64,000 bases of DNA from Selaginella moellendorffii. Taxonomy: Eukaryota; Plantae; Lycopodiophyta. How positions within the stretch are numbered: position 1 is the first letter of the stretch; the number at the start of each line of letters is the position of its first letter. A program made the position numbers and the translations under genes. Below the pieces are notes generated by a model. It was not told the origin of the DNA. It was given only the letters and a program-made list of their open reading frames with translations, and did no database searches. Shown in pieces: positions 23,159 to 36,569 of this stretch. The stretch lies in NCBI RefSeq assembly GCF_000143415.4, contig NW_003314365.1:509181-573180 (forward strand), in the 5' to 3' direction.

Positions 23159-24902
23159 TACACTTGATATTCCTGAGACCGTCAATCAGATCACCATTGA
23201 AGATTTTCGTCCTTATGCGATGGAGATACTCCATCCTACTGCGTATTTGTCGTATGTAAACACGAAGCTCACTTTTGTCCAGTCCATTCTCAGCAGATAT
23301 CATATTCAGTGATAGATGGAACGCATGGAAGTTTTTTTTCCAAAGGGTGATGAACTAGACACGGAAAAGAAAGCGTGAAAGCAATATATATACCACAAAT
23401 CTCTCAAAACGGGAACTAAGGATATAGTCCTTCACCTGACAATCTCTCGGCTTAAATCTGAGTTTCGAAGGGAGGAACACAAGCAACAAGGCTTTATATG
23501 CCGACATAATCATATTCTCATCGTCGTGCTCTTTTTACAGTATCACCATCCTCCAGCTGGAAGAATTAAACTTATGAAAGAAAGAAAAGAAAACAGACCA
23601 AGTACCTTGATGATGGATTTTTTTTATCTCGTTGCTTTAAAGAGAGAGCACAATATTTTTAAAATGCCTCTTCCATTTCCCGAGTCTAGGTGGGATGACA
23701 AGTCCAAAACTGCAAGTTGAAATCTTTGGAACACGACAAGTTAACAAGTTCTGAAAGTTAAGAATGATGCTTGTCGTTCTCTACTACATCGACAAGCATT
23801 CCTCCAAGTACGGTGACAAGAAGATCCAACCTCATCCCTTTTTGTGACTCGCAAGGATAATTTGACTTCCTTTATCCACCGATGCCAGCTAGAACTTCAG
23901 GAGTTCTAGCAAAATGCCAGTTCTCCCATGCTCTGTCGCCCCCGATAGATGCAAGAAAGAAAAGAGAGTGAGTCAGCCGATGAAAGAGAAGGAGAGGTCA
24001 CAAGTAATCTCTTCTGTAGATGATAGAGTAGCTTCTTGAAGAGCGTGACTTTCGATCAAGGTCTGATATGGAGACTGGTGCGTCGATCCAGGTTCCAAGT
24101 GCCTTAAAAAGCATTCCAGTGACATGAAGAGGAAGGATGGGTGAGCTGGCAAGGAACCTGCCATGTACACCCTGGATTGGGAGAAATCCCATTGCTTCTG
24201 CTGCACCGCCACTGTGAAACAAAAAGAGGAGCACGGCAAAGAAGTCTCGGCCCAACAAGCAAGAGAGCAGCCTAGTAATCCCATCTCGATCCGTAAGCAC
24301 TCCTTGAGCTCCAGCAGCCGGAGCAATTGCTTGAGGCCAAGATGAAGGAGAGGTGGAAAGAATGCGTGGAATGCTTCATGCACACGTGGCTTACCCCATA
24401 TGTTACATACCTTTTGATCCCTGTAGCAATCAAAATGCGACTTTCATATGTTTATAAACATTGTAACTGTCGTCCTCGCTGAAGGCTCGTTCCCATTCAC
24501 TGCCTATTGATCCTTTCTCTTTTGTTGTCTCCTGATGCGCTCCATGTTTGAAATCTTCAATCTCTACATATCACAAGGAGCGCTGATGCACAAGAGCAGT
24601 ACCACATTAATATAAAGAGTACAACTTATAGCTACAATAAATTCTCATAAATACCAGCTAAAATTTACACATTACATTGGCTCATTCCACACTCTTTTTC
24701 TATTTCCTCACTCAATAACAAACTAAAAATAAACTCAACACTAACAAGGATGCAAGAAAAAAATGATGCATAAATGTTAAAAGATTTCTGAAAAAGGATA
24801 TCTTTTCTGATAAAAAAACAGTTGGTTTTCAACTGAACCCATGGACCAAATGAGAGAAAGTGGTTTTGCTCTAAACGTGACGTGGGTTTGGTCTCGCTGC
24901 AT

Positions 24903-26381
24903 ATGGATGACCAAGGGGAAGCGCAGAGGTCAGAAACGTTTCTGCGTTCAAATCTCGACAGCAGTTGTGCAACACCGAGGCATCAATGGAGGTCACCAGA
25001 CTGGAATCCTCTCAACAAACAGCCGCACACACCGTTCGCCTCACTTAATTCCCATTCTTTAACGACAAAAGACATCGCCGTTGACAGCAGCAATTCTACA
25101 GCTTCCTCATCCGATATTCTATGCCCTCCAATGGGATCCTTTGCCGTCAGTAATCTAGACGAAACACAAGGTCAGTCAATTGATCCGTGGAAGAAAAAGC
25201 TTCCAATGAAGCTTGATTTGGCAGCTCTCAGCAGAAAAGTAGATGATCATCTATCTGAGGACAAGATGCCTAACCCTGACATATCCGAATCCGACAATGA
25301 CCTCCACCTTCGGCGCCAAAAGATGGCTATGTGCGATCGCCAGTGTACACGAGTTATGGGCCATCTCTATTTTGGCAGCAAAAAAGTGGCGGAAAACTAT
25401 GCAATGCTAAGGCGTTTTCGAATCACACATATTCTCAATTGCGTTGGAATGGTTTGCCCCAGCTATTTTCCAAATGATTTCTCTTACAAGACACTCTGGC
25501 TTCAAGATTCACCTTCAGAAGATCTTATTTGCGTGCTCTATGACGTATTTGATTTTATTGAGGATGTCCGAGAGCAAGCAGGAGGCAGGGTCTTTGTACA
25601 CTGCTGCCAAGGGGTGTCCCGTTCGGCATCGTTAATAATTGCTTACGTTATGTGGCGAGAACGACGCAGCTTTGACCACGTATATGACGATGTCAAGCAG
25701 CGCCGAAGCGTGACATGCCCCAACATTGGTTTTGTCTTTCAGCTCACTCAGTGGCAGAAACGTGTGCTAGATGCCAATAGAGCAGCAGTCTCATGCAATA
25801 CGGTGGCTATAATGTACCGCATGACACCGCATTCGCATTTTTGCCCATTGCAGCTTGTTCCGAAAGCTGTGCACGGTCCGCCTACTTCGGATTTACTTGA
25901 CTCAAGAGGGGTGTTCGTTCTCCAGCTTCCCAACCGTCTTTATGTCTGGCGTGGCCGTGGCTCAGACAAAGCAATGGCAGCAGCTGCTGAACGTGCCGCA
26001 TTCCAGCTTGTGCGGTATGAGCATGCTCAAGGACCCATTGTGGTGGCTGTAGAAGGAAGGGAGCCACCATTCCTGCTCAATGCACTAAGACGTGAGCATT
26101 TACTGTCCGGTCCAGATATAAATTCCCAGGCCCAAAGGGGCGCATTTGCTGAACATATCAATTATGCGGGCAAGGCACCGTTTGGTCTAAAGCTAGTCCG
26201 TGCATATGATGCAGACTTTGAGCTGTATAGACAAGGGCTTGCAGCAAACGGTGGGGCCGTGTCTGTGGACTTTAATGCAGGATTGCAACCTCACCCCATT
26301 AGCAACTTTCCAGCGTCACCTCGAGTTGGAAGATGGAGGGTCATGCGCCCACAAATCAATCATATTGCAACAAGATGGTAG
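24903..26381 (+). CDS. MKP1: MKP1-like dual-specificity MAP kinase phosphatase with a gelsolin-like domain, single exon, 492 aa
   Basis: Catalytic VHCCQGVSRS, WLQDSPSED and CPNIGF, followed by YRMTPHS..PLQLVPK and LDSRGVFV...LYVWRG, typical of plant MKP1. First ATG at 24903. Confidence 0.88.
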   Translation: MDDQGEAQRSETFLRSNLDSSCATPRHQWRSPDWNPLNKQPHTPFASLNSHSLTTKDIAVDSSNSTASSSDILCPPMGSFAVSNLDETQGQSIDPWKKKLPMKLDLAALSRKVDDHLSEDKMPNPDISESDNDLHLRRQKMAMCDRQCTRVMGHLYFGSKKVAENYAMLRRFRITHILNCVGMVCPSYFPNDFSYKTLWLQDSPSEDLICVLYDVFDFIEDVREQAGGRVFVHCCQGVSRSASLIIAYVMWRERRSFDHVYDDVKQRRSVTCPNIGFVFQLTQWQKRVLDANRAAVSCNTVAIMYRMTPHSHFCPLQLVPKAVHGPPTSDLLDSRGVFVLQLPNRLYVWRGRGSDKAMAAAAERAAFQLVRYEHAQGPIVVAVEGREPPFLLNALRREHLLSGPDINSQAQRGAFAEHINYAGKAPFGLKLVRAYDADFELYRQGLAANGGAVSVDFNAGLQPHPISNFPASPRVGRWRVMRPQINHIATRW

Positions 26382-27349
26382 ATATCTGTACACTAGGAGG
26401 GATTCCAGAAACAAAAAGAAGAAAAGAAAAAGTAAGATTTCACCAAGGCAACATCAAGAAATTCCAGATGTCATATAAAAAATTATTACATAGTCTGTTT
26501 TTAGAGTGTACCCCTCTTAAGCATACTGTTGCAAACTCATTAGAAACAAAATTGATGATTGTCCATTGCCTGTCCAATGAAGTGGCGTTTTTCTAAAGTG
26601 GAAAAGGAAAAAGAAAAACAGACATTCTTTCAAAGATAGAGGCAAGACACCCTGGGTCGCAACTCATAACTCGCACCATGTGCTCATTCTTGTAACTATT
26701 GCGCACCATCTCTCTTTTTTGTTCAATGATGATCCAGATGCTTGCAAGCTCTCATCTTCTCGCACACTTAGAGTTCCCAGCAACAATTCCACAAGAAAAG
26801 ACAAAGCTCTATAGTGTTTTTCTTTCTTTAAAACACTGAATCTTCACATAAACCTGTGGAACTTTTGGAGTTGCAAGTACAAAAAAAATTTAAGATCACA
26901 GGTTTCCTACACCAAAGACCTTGTTCCACTTTCACATAGTAGTAGTTTTTCTTTCACGATGAAAGACCAACTTGCAGCTTCTGAGTTCTAAGCTTTTCCA
27001 CATAAATTTTGCCAGTCCTTGCTCCAGACATGCTAGACAAATTTCTCACCGAAAATGAATAAGAGTTCTTGCCCAAAATCATGTCTGGTGGCAATGGTGG
27101 AGGTCATGGCAACAATGGTGGAGGTGGCCGGAATAATGGCCAAGGATCAAAGAAGCTTCACATCACTAAACTTATTGGAGATAATGCTTCAAGTGTGGCT
27201 CTTTGGCTCACTGAAAAAAGGATTGTCCATTGTTGAAAAACAAAAATGGAGCTGATGATTCCAACCAATGCCAACAAGTGCAGTGTTGGACAGAGATGCA
27301 AAGGAGTTTAAAGCCATTCTCTAAGGTACTGACTTTATGAGTAATGGCC

Positions 27350-27560
27350 CTCATAGCAAACTTATTGACGAAGATTGAAACCGAGACTAAGACCAAGTCC
27401 GCATCCAAAGTCCAAGTCTGAGTCCAAGTCTGAGTCCAAGGGGTGGAAGCCCAAAGCAATTGTCTCTCAGACCCTGGGGGGTTTGGTAAATCCCCACAGG
27501 ATAGTAGGGGGAGGACTTTAGGGGAACCAGTGTGGCCAAGGAAGGTCAATATGATCCAAG
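27350..27560 (+). mobile_element. Short LTR fragment (family A/B core)
   Basis: GAGTCCAAGTCT repeats followed by GGGGTGGAAGCCCAAAGC...CAGACCCTGGGGGGTTTGGT, as in the other LTR copies. Confidence 0.6.
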
Positions 27561-28439
27561 GAGTTGGGGGTGTACTTAAAAGGTGAGTTGGTAGTTATAT
27601 TTTGTATGGTTTTCATGCCAGGGTAATTCAGCAAAAATCCATGATTCATATTTATGGATTTCTTGTTTTGCGCTATTTGTAGCAGGTGGTAAAGAAAGTA
27701 TGGAAACTACCATAGTCTTTGGTAAATTCCGAACTGGCAAAACTCAACTTGTGCACACTCTTTGTGAAGCCATGTGGAGCTAATGGTAAAGTGGCTTAAG
27801 CTCCTAGAGGTAGAAAGTAACATTTAGATTTCCAGGCTGAACACACATGCATAAGCATCAATACAACTTTTGTTAGCGGCTAAAATGACTAAACAGGCTA
27901 GGCTCACCACTTGACAAAAGCCTATCCTTATCTTGGTGGGCGCTGCAAGACTCTGTAAACAGCTAATGAATGAATGAATGAATATCCAACCATTGCTAAA
28001 TTTTCAGTTTTCATAGTTTAAATAGATGTGCATCCATTTTAAGATTTAGCATTGGCTGGGCATTCACCAGGTCTGTTAGGAACCAGGATCCATATCTCCA
28101 AAGTTTAGGTCTATCATCAAATGTAGTTTTCTTTTCTTTTCTTTTTTATGTTTTGGGATCCCAAGTGCTCCACTTTTCCATTTGTATGGCAGCCACAATG
28201 CTTGCCTGCTGCTACCTTCTCATCCTCTTCATTATGGTTGAAATCGAGGTGGAGGTAGAGTATGGCTGTTATGGCAAAGGCCTTGTTATGGTGGAACAGA
28301 CTATAGTGGAGGCTGGCGGCAACCCTAGTTACAGTGGAGGATATGGTAACAAACCTGGCTATGGATTATTAGAGGATGATCAGGAATGGGACAGATGTTT
28401 AAAGAAGTCACTAACATTTTAAATGCCATCAAAAGTAAG

Positions 28440-30470
28440 AGCATTATGTGTTATTTAAATTGCATTTTATTGAATTGAGTTGGCACTATATACCAATGTA
28501 AACATTTGCAGTAGTGACATTGGCATTGCTTATGATATTTTTTTATTGAAGATCAAGTCATTGTGATATTTATATTATATCCAAATTATGAGCAATATGT
28601 TTATAAAGTTGCTTGGTCAAATGATGATCAACCCCAAAGTGAAACTAGTCTACTTATAAGTAGTAGTAATGTAGTAGCTTTGACTGAATTCTCAAAAATA
28701 TTCCTAAACTTATATTGGTACTTTTGTTCCTTAAGATTTTACTTATTGAGATTTTAGAAAAGTTGTAATATTCATTTACTACAGTTTGTTAATGAATCTA
28801 TTTGGAGTAGATTTTTGGATGGAAAAGGTGTAAAATTGAGGCATTTACATTGCTAGCACTTGTGTTAGTGGAAGTGACATTGTTATTCTGAGTGATGATG
28901 AGTTTTCCTTAAAGCTTAATTTTGTATGTCATTTTTCTTATTTGTGTTTTGAATATATACCGGATCTTAAAGGTGATTGTAGAAGAATATTAATGTGATA
29001 TAAATATCTAAAGGTATGATCTCATAAAGTCTTGAATATTTATCTTCACACTTTACAAATGTTGTCAAATGTTAGATATATAGGTATGTTGTTGGATGCT
29101 TAAGCATATTATTGGGTTATGGTAATTTCTGTTGAGGTGAATCTATATAAAGTTGTAAGTAGGAGGATATTGGTTGAGTCTTAAGAATTTACATTTCTGG
29201 ATTGAGAGTCATTCTTTCTTTAGGATTGAAAAATTTCTATAAATATTTTTAGGCTTTTCAATAGATGATATGTTGATCATTTCGTCTGGAAACCATTTTA
29301 TTTTTAAAAGCTATTGTAAATTAGTGAAAGGGTTAATTAACTTTTAATTAAATGAAATTAATTTTTGTTAGGTTAGACATTAGTAGGTAGTTTGTATGAT
29401 GCAACCCAGAAAGGGAGACTAACTCTTACAACTAAGGTACTTTAGTTGGATAGAAAAGTGACCTTTGAACCTTTTTTCTGTAGCATTATGCTTCGTGGCA
29501 AGTTGCATCTTGCATTTCAATAAGCTCTATGAGAGTAGTGAGCTCTATCTCATCTTGACTTGGTTTTGGTGGCTTTGTGCCTTGGCTGAGGATGATGATG
29601 TTGAACTTAATTGTTTAAGGTTGAGGTGTTAGTACCTGTATTATAGCTTTATCTATTAGGAGGTTGTGTACTTATATGAGTTCATCTTATGTTTTCACTT
29701 TAATTTTGACTAAGTGTTAATCATACATAGATATCCTTTTCACTTATGCTTAGAGCTATCTTATTTCTGAATAATTGGATTCAAGTAGTTATTTTATCCC
29801 TACTTGTCCATGATCCTTTTTATTATACTTGGAGTATTACCTTTTCCATTAGACAAGTAGATATAAGTTTGGTATTTGGGTTTTATGAAGATAAATTGTA
29901 AAATGATTGTTGGTTGTTTTGCAACTACTAATTGCATATAGATTTTATCAAGAATTACTAACACTTTACTTAGCTTAATGATAATTTAACAATGATGAGC
30001 TTGCTTCATTAGATGGCAGTATAGATGACCATTTCATTGTCCTTGCATGGTTTGTCCATGTTAACATTTCAATTTTATCTCTGTTGATATTTTTTATTTG
30101 CATTTAGTCTATAGTGTTGGATTACATTGAGTTTTGGATATAGTGATTCACTTCTTGATGTTATCTTATCTATAGTTGAGTATTATTGAAGGATTGGTCT
30201 TGGATACTAAATGAGGTATCTTTGACCTTGGTTAGCTTGATTATTAGAGAGCACTAAGTGGTGGTACTTTTTTGTTTTCTTTTAGTTTTATTCTGATGTT
30301 AATGGCATTGAAGTGATGAATCGATATTAACATTGTTGAAGTTGAGATTGGAGTGAGATGAAATATTTCTCCATGAGTATATTGTAAAAGTTGGATTTTC
30401 CATTTGTAGTGATTCAGATGGTTAGTGATCAGTTGAGCTAATTGAAGATAAATATTTTGTTTTGCTAGTC
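28440..30470. repeat. Decayed AT-rich repeat, inverted homologue of the 14.6-15.9 kb region
   Basis: For example, TTTCTGGATTGAGAGTCATTCTTTCT near 29200 matches AGAAAGAATGACTCTCAATCTAGAAA near 15750. Outer boundaries approximate. Confidence 0.6.
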
Positions 30471-31835
30471 TCAATGAAGATGATGTTGATAGTTTGGGTA
30501 TACCTTTGTGTTGTTAGGAACAAATAAGGAAACTAAAGTGGTCTTAAATGTTATCAAAGTGGAAGAGATTGCACAAGGGAAGAACTCAGAGGAGGAAGCA
30601 GAGGAAAACATTAAAGAAAGCTTAAAGTCTAATTCCAAAGTGAAAAACCTTAACAACGCTTTCAAAAATGCCATATCAAAGTCTTATAGATTCTTAATTC
30701 TAAGTTTCGACTTGTATTGACTTGATTTTCTTACAGGTAACAAGAATTTTACAAAGAGTTTAAGCCAAGTTCTTGCCAAACAAGCTGAAAGACATGGTGA
30801 TGTAATGAAGTCACCATCATTGACACCATTATAGAAGGCCAGTCTCACGATGGGGATCTCAACCAAGCAAGGGGATAAGGCAGTGGAGAGATCTACCTCC
30901 ATGGTTTCTTTAGCAGCATCAAGTGGAAGTGCAAATCTAATGATACATACAGCCCAAGCAAGCCCCTAATAAAGAGGAAACCCACAAAGAAACAAACTCA
31001 AACACCAAAGAAAGTTAGGAAGTGATAGTGTATGGTTTAAAGTTTTATTTACTTTGGATTCTAAAGATGAAGTTAGTAGAAAGTTTTATTTCTATAATAT
31101 TTATTTTTATTTCCAATATAATGTAAGAGGAATTCAAAGTGGCCACCAAGTATGAGCATCATCTCTGGGTATATCTCTCTATGAGCATGCCAAAGAAAGT
31201 GATTTTCTAGAACTTTATAAAACTTTAAGTGAATATCATTATGCAATACTATTGAATACTATATTAGTAACACTCAAAGCACAAGTGATCTAACTAAACT
31301 CGTATTCTGTTTGGTTGCTCAAATATTGGGTTGGATTGACATAAAGCTGTTTGGTGAAGATCTTTGGGATCTTCTCGTTGTGGTGCTTCAATCAAGGGGG
31401 TTTATCTAGATAGCTTAGGTTCCTTGAGGATGGGGCATATTTCAAAGTGGTCTAGAGCATCTTCACAAGTAGGATGCAAGTTTCAAAGGCTTGCATTGGA
31501 GGAGGGTCACACCCCATAGGAAGGGTTCATCACAATATGGCTTTGGAGAAGCCAGTCGGACGGAAAACAACTCAGTATCTTTGCAGTTGAAGGGAGGAGG
31601 ACGTGTTTCCTAGGGCATAGCAGTGGCTTTAGATTCATGGAGGAGTCACCTGGGAGGCAGAGGGACCATGACCAGTGCCAGGACTTCCCTGCTTGTGAGC
31701 GTTTCGCTTAAGTTTCACCTTGTACTTTTTTGAGTCCCTAAAGAGCATTGAGTAATCATCCTTCCATATTTAAAAGAGTAAGGGCGACATATTCAATCGA
31801 GATTCTTTTCGAGCTTAATGGTGGAGATGAAGACA

Positions 31836-31977
31836 CATGGGAAAAACAGTTGAGAGTGGAACGCTTCACAAGTTTTAGGTTTTGTGTATTTTTGTGGAAG
31901 CGGAGCATGGGAAAAACAGTTGAGAGTGGAACGCTTCACAAGTTTTAGGTTTTGTGTATTTTTTTGGAAGCGGAGCA
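31836..31977. repeat. 70-bp tandem duplication
   Basis: Units start at 31836 and 31906 and are nearly identical. Confidence 0.9.
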
Positions 31978-32199
31978 ACAGATTGAGGCTCACACTTGGA
32001 TGAGCAGGAGATGAATTTTGGACGAGTGATCAAATTTCTGCAGTAGTGTGGTGGTGAAGCATTCCTGAACATCAATTTCGAGAATTTCGATATGCACTGC
32101 ACAGTACAGTAATATGGAGCATATTTCTGAATGTAGTCTGAAACTCTCAACCTCAATCTTCTTATGAAAGGTACTAAAACTGTCTGTCACATTGCAGGA

Positions 32200-32470
32200 A
32201 ACAAGCTTGCATACTTTCAGAAGGTTTGTTCAGGACTCTCCAAGAATGAACGTTGTCTCTTGGTACTTCTCAATTTGCTCCACCAGAGACTTATCAACAT
32301 CATCGCTCTCTACAAGAACAAATTCTGCTTTCACCTGTAAGTCAAGTGTTTCCTTTGAGTTTTCAGCAAGCCAATCGGACTTTGTAACGTCTGTAGACAT
32401 TTTGCAGCTCCTGAGAGAAGTTCGCTGTCTGGCCTCCTTGGTTGCCATATATGCAAGTGTTTCCTTCAAA
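32200..32470 (-). pseudogene. Fragment of a USP-like domain, as found in U-box/receptor-like cytoplasmic kinases
   Basis: VKAEFVLVESDDVDKSLVEQIEKYQETTFILGES follows an intron-like TTACAG. Stops on both sides. Confidence 0.45.
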
Positions 32471-32661
32471 ACTTGTGAGACAGGTACTCTCCCAACCTAC
32501 GCAATTTGTAAGATGCAAGTGATGTTTCTAATTTTGAAGCTCCTGAGAGAAGTTCGCTGTCTGGCCTCCTTGGTTGCCATATATGCAAGTGTTTCCTTCA
32601 AACTTGTGAGACAGGTACTCTCCCAACCTACGCAATTTGTAAGATGCAAGTGATGTTTCTA
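32399..32661. repeat. About 132-bp tandem duplication
   Basis: Units start at 32399 and 32531 and are nearly identical. Confidence 0.9.
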
Positions 32662-34211
32662 AAGAGTGACTTACCAGAATTTTGCAATTGTTCGGACAAC
32701 AGATCATACATGGAACAGTAGAAGCTCCCTGTTCCTCTCTACTGCATTTTCTAGCGTCTACTTGAGCACTACCCCAAAACAAGCATCAGGGATCAATGCA
32801 AAACCCGTTTTGTGTAAACCACTTCCATTCCTTCTATTCCTGCAATTTACATAGCTGCTCCTTAACCTTTTCTTTGCATCCCCAGGAAATTTGGAACTCT
32901 AGAGAAAATGATAGTCTAGAGCACATCGATGATTTAAGATATGCTTCAAGATGATTCCGTGTCTTGACTTTCTACTGCTTATTTTAAAGACAAAGTAACT
33001 GGGCAACAGCCAATCAACAGACTTTCATAGTCTCCAGACAATCTCTGCAAAAATGGGCTGTTGATCCGCTTTCTTATCGCAAGCAGCTTTGATGAGCTTT
33101 GATGAGCTCATGCATACACTCAGTGCTTCTTTATGTGCGAGTTATGTGTCTCTATGGTTTCTGTTCATAATTTCATCACGCATATTTTACTGCAGGAGTA
33201 TGGCACCTTTGAGTCCCTTCCATGAAATAAGCTCCCTGGATCTTGGCAAGCATGTCAATTGTCACATTGAAAGGCAAGCTATGTAAGTGACTATCTAAAT
33301 TGTTTCGGAAGATAAGTTCAAAAACTTCAATGGATCATGATCCGGTAAATCCAATTGCCAATTCTATATATCCAAAGCTAAACTTGTCTGAAATTGTATA
33401 TCTTTGAATCCGCTGTCCTATTCCAGCTTGAGTTACAGCTTTTGATTTATTCTCTGACCAGAAAATCCTTAAAAGCACCGCACCAGTGCCAGAATTATGA
33501 ATATGAAAGCAATGAGTGCTCCAATTCGAGTGTCCTCCTGCACTCACACAGAAACAGATCTAATGTTCATCACATATCTTGGTTGGTTTGTGCGCTCAAT
33601 GACACTGACTGACAGACCATTTCAGTATTTCCTTTAGCAGATCCCAAACTGCAATAGAAGCATTGCTACTGTAAGAACAAAAATATTATTTTCTCTTGTG
33701 TTTTAAAGTTACTGCTGAGGTCATGGGAGCAGCAGCGCCTACAATTTTCAGACTCAAAGTAGGAGCAAGTAACTGATTTTCCATTCTCGCCCTGTTTCTT
33801 CTTCTTTGTACTGTTTTCTAGAAGATTATTTTGTCAAGTATGCCTTGTAAACCTGATTGGAAGCTTTGCTCAAGATGAAAAAGAAAACACTCTCTGGCAC
33901 TGTCCAGCTTCCAGTGGAACTGTGGAAATGGATCAAGTTTCTCTACTTCCTCATCTTATTGTGTCCCACTTATTGAATTGTGAGTGATTAGCAAGCTCTT
34001 TAAATTTATGATAACGAATTAAAATATACAAAATTTTAGGAGACCACTACTTCACTTTGGTTCTTTGGAATGATCCTGGTGAAAAACTTTGAGGCTTGCA
34101 AAAGTGAACACTCAGAAGCAATCACATGTGGAAGCAGTGTTTTAAAACTGATTACATGGTCCTTGCATGTTTATGGTCTAGAAGTCTACCCCTTGTCCCA
34201 CTTGTCCATTT

Positions 34212-34405
34212 TGATTCTTTGGAGGATGAGAGCATGCAGGAGCTGGAAGACTACGCTGTTCAAAAGGCCGAGGAGACCACAGCTGCCAATTACAAAGTTC
34301 TCAATCTTGCTGAAGAGATCACTTCCGTCATGCTTCATGAGCAGGGTTCATCAGATCTTGCACACTCACGATACTGTTGTAGACATTGATCACGAACTTA
34401 GCTGA
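34212..34405 (+). pseudogene. SNAP25/SNAP33-like SNARE gene fragment
   Basis: ESMQELEDYAVQKAEETT...LAEEI..MLHEQG, then a frameshift into HTHDTVVDIDHELS. Resembles the N-terminal SNARE helix of plant SNAP33. Confidence 0.7.
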
Positions 34406-35792
34406 GTCAATGACACTTTCTATCTGATTTCTCTTACCCATCACTTTTGAAAGTTTCATTGGATTCCATGGTGAGAAACTGCTCGGTAGTCTTGGAGGCC
34501 TTTTTTTGAGGACCAGACTCATAACATAGCAGGACCAATACTTTCTCTAGGTGATTCATTCAAGAGAAAAGCCTATCATATTGCGCAAAGATCCACTTTG
34601 GGATTGAACTGGAGTAACTCCAGAGGTGTGACTCATCACACAGCAGCCCTTGCTGACTCATTGTTCATTTCTGGGTCACATCATCTCCAAAGCCTCATCT
34701 TTTGTCACTCTATTTTTGGCGGCTATAACTTGGATATGTCCTCACTGCTCCTCTCAAGGGATGACATAACAGCATTTTTCTGGACCCAACCTATAGCATT
34801 GCTGGTTCCAGCAGAGACCTCTCTAGGAGTAGATAGTGTCTCCTAGATTTCCAATCCTTCTCCTGATAGCAGGCTTCCAGATTGAATGAGCAGTAAAACT
34901 TGCTCAAAACTTTCTACCATTACTCAACCCTGAGATACTCTTTGATCCTGGGAGCTGCCATGACCACATACTTCTTCCCCAAAGAAAGCAATGTTGTGAA
35001 AGTAGGGCTTTGCAAGGGAACTCTACTCTGGAAGCATTGAGAGGATAAAAACCAGCACCTCATGGCTACCTCTGCATGGTATCATTAGATACCATGAATC
35101 TAAGCAGTAAGAAAGCTAGGAATGCAGCTAGGAGCATGAATGTTGGGCTAAAGGACCTGTTTCAAATGGCAAGAGCATGAATGGATATGTCAAGATTTGT
35201 GCTTGAGGTCGAGCACTTGCCATGTGGTCATGTCCTCGGTGGGGCAGGACATGGCTACGTTGTTGTCATTCATGCTTTTCTCTAACTGTTAAAAATATTT
35301 TCTACACTAAGAAGCCTTTCTGTTGGCAATATGGCACAGACCGATTGTGCTCCATAGAAGGTACAAGTCCTCCAAGGCTTCAAGGCTGCAATGCCTGCTT
35401 GGCTTCAATCAAAACTTGTCTGGGTAAGCTATGACAATCTAAAAACGTTAAATCTATTAACCACTTAAGTAACACAAGTTCAGGAAATATTATTAGAACC
35501 TCAAAAATGAACAAATATTAATTTACAGAATCATTAAAGTATATTTTTATATCAGAAAACTAATTTACATTTACAGACTTTTAAATAATTACAAATTAAA
35601 AGCAAATTAATTATTTGTAAACTTGATTTCTCTTATAAAAGGCTTTGTGATTATTATTACTCTTATAGATTTTATAAATGCTCATGATAAATCTTAGAAG
35701 CATACAATACACACTAATTTATTCTATGTTGCACTATTAGCTATAACTTTTCTATCCCAGTAAAGTGTTTTCAAAGACTTATTTTGGTCCAG

Positions 35793-35819
35793 GCCAGTGG
35801 AGCTGGATTCCTTGCTAGT
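35793..35819 (+). mobile_element. Helitron-like 3' terminus closing a gene-fragment-rich block
   Basis: GCCAGTGGAGCTGG hairpin, 8-nt spacer, CTAG, then T. Confidence 0.6.
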
Positions 35820-36529
35820 GTACATTTATGTTTCATCTATACATTATAGATGCATACTCTATTTTTCCTGTAATGTGCTACCATATTATCTAGTGTTATG
35901 GTGGACATATACATAATGTGTGAGATTATTAAGCTCAGCTGTGTTTGATAAGATGGTAGCTGGAGAAGTTCAGATCAAACTCAAGAATCACAAGCAATCA
36001 GAAGTTAAATGGTGAGAATTTTCTCTCTATGAAGTGGACTTCAGATAAAGTAGAAAATCATTCTCAAAATTAATCGACAGCAAGATCAGAGAGAAAAGAA
36101 AGATTCATGTATGAGTAAGATAATGGCTAGAAGAATGTTTAGATGATGAGAGAAAGTCCTCACATATGCCACAAGAGTTGGTGCCAAAAAGAAGCCTTGC
36201 ATGTATCCCAGTCATCAACCTCAACACTAGGATTTACTGACTGGCAGCTTCTCCTAAATTTCTGTGATAGAGGCAGAAGACCAGGTGATAGAGGCCACGA
36301 AAGCTGAGAAAGAATATATGTTCTCAAGTTGTTCTTACCGTTCGATATATTTCTTATAATTATCTACACAGCAAGTGTGACATCTCACAAGATCATCGCT
36401 TGCTCTGAATTTCCTCTAGAAATTCCTCGCCATAGGATCTTGTGGAAGAAGCTGTGGCTATACAGTGACCAATATTTTCCAATCAAAGATGTACCAGGAA
36501 ATAAAAATTTACATTTTGTATATGATGTG

Positions 36530-36531
<2 letters not shown>

Positions 36532-36567
<36 letters not shown>
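36532..36567. repeat. (GA)n microsatellite
   Basis: About 18 GA units. Confidence 0.95.

Positions 36568-36569
<2 letters not shown>

Noticed and set aside
21460-24400. Further gene calls in exon-like fragments (also 26970-28420, 33000-34000, 36700-37100, 44470-45250)
   Set aside because: Splice-like signals and short frames are present, but I could not recognise a family or build a consistent model.
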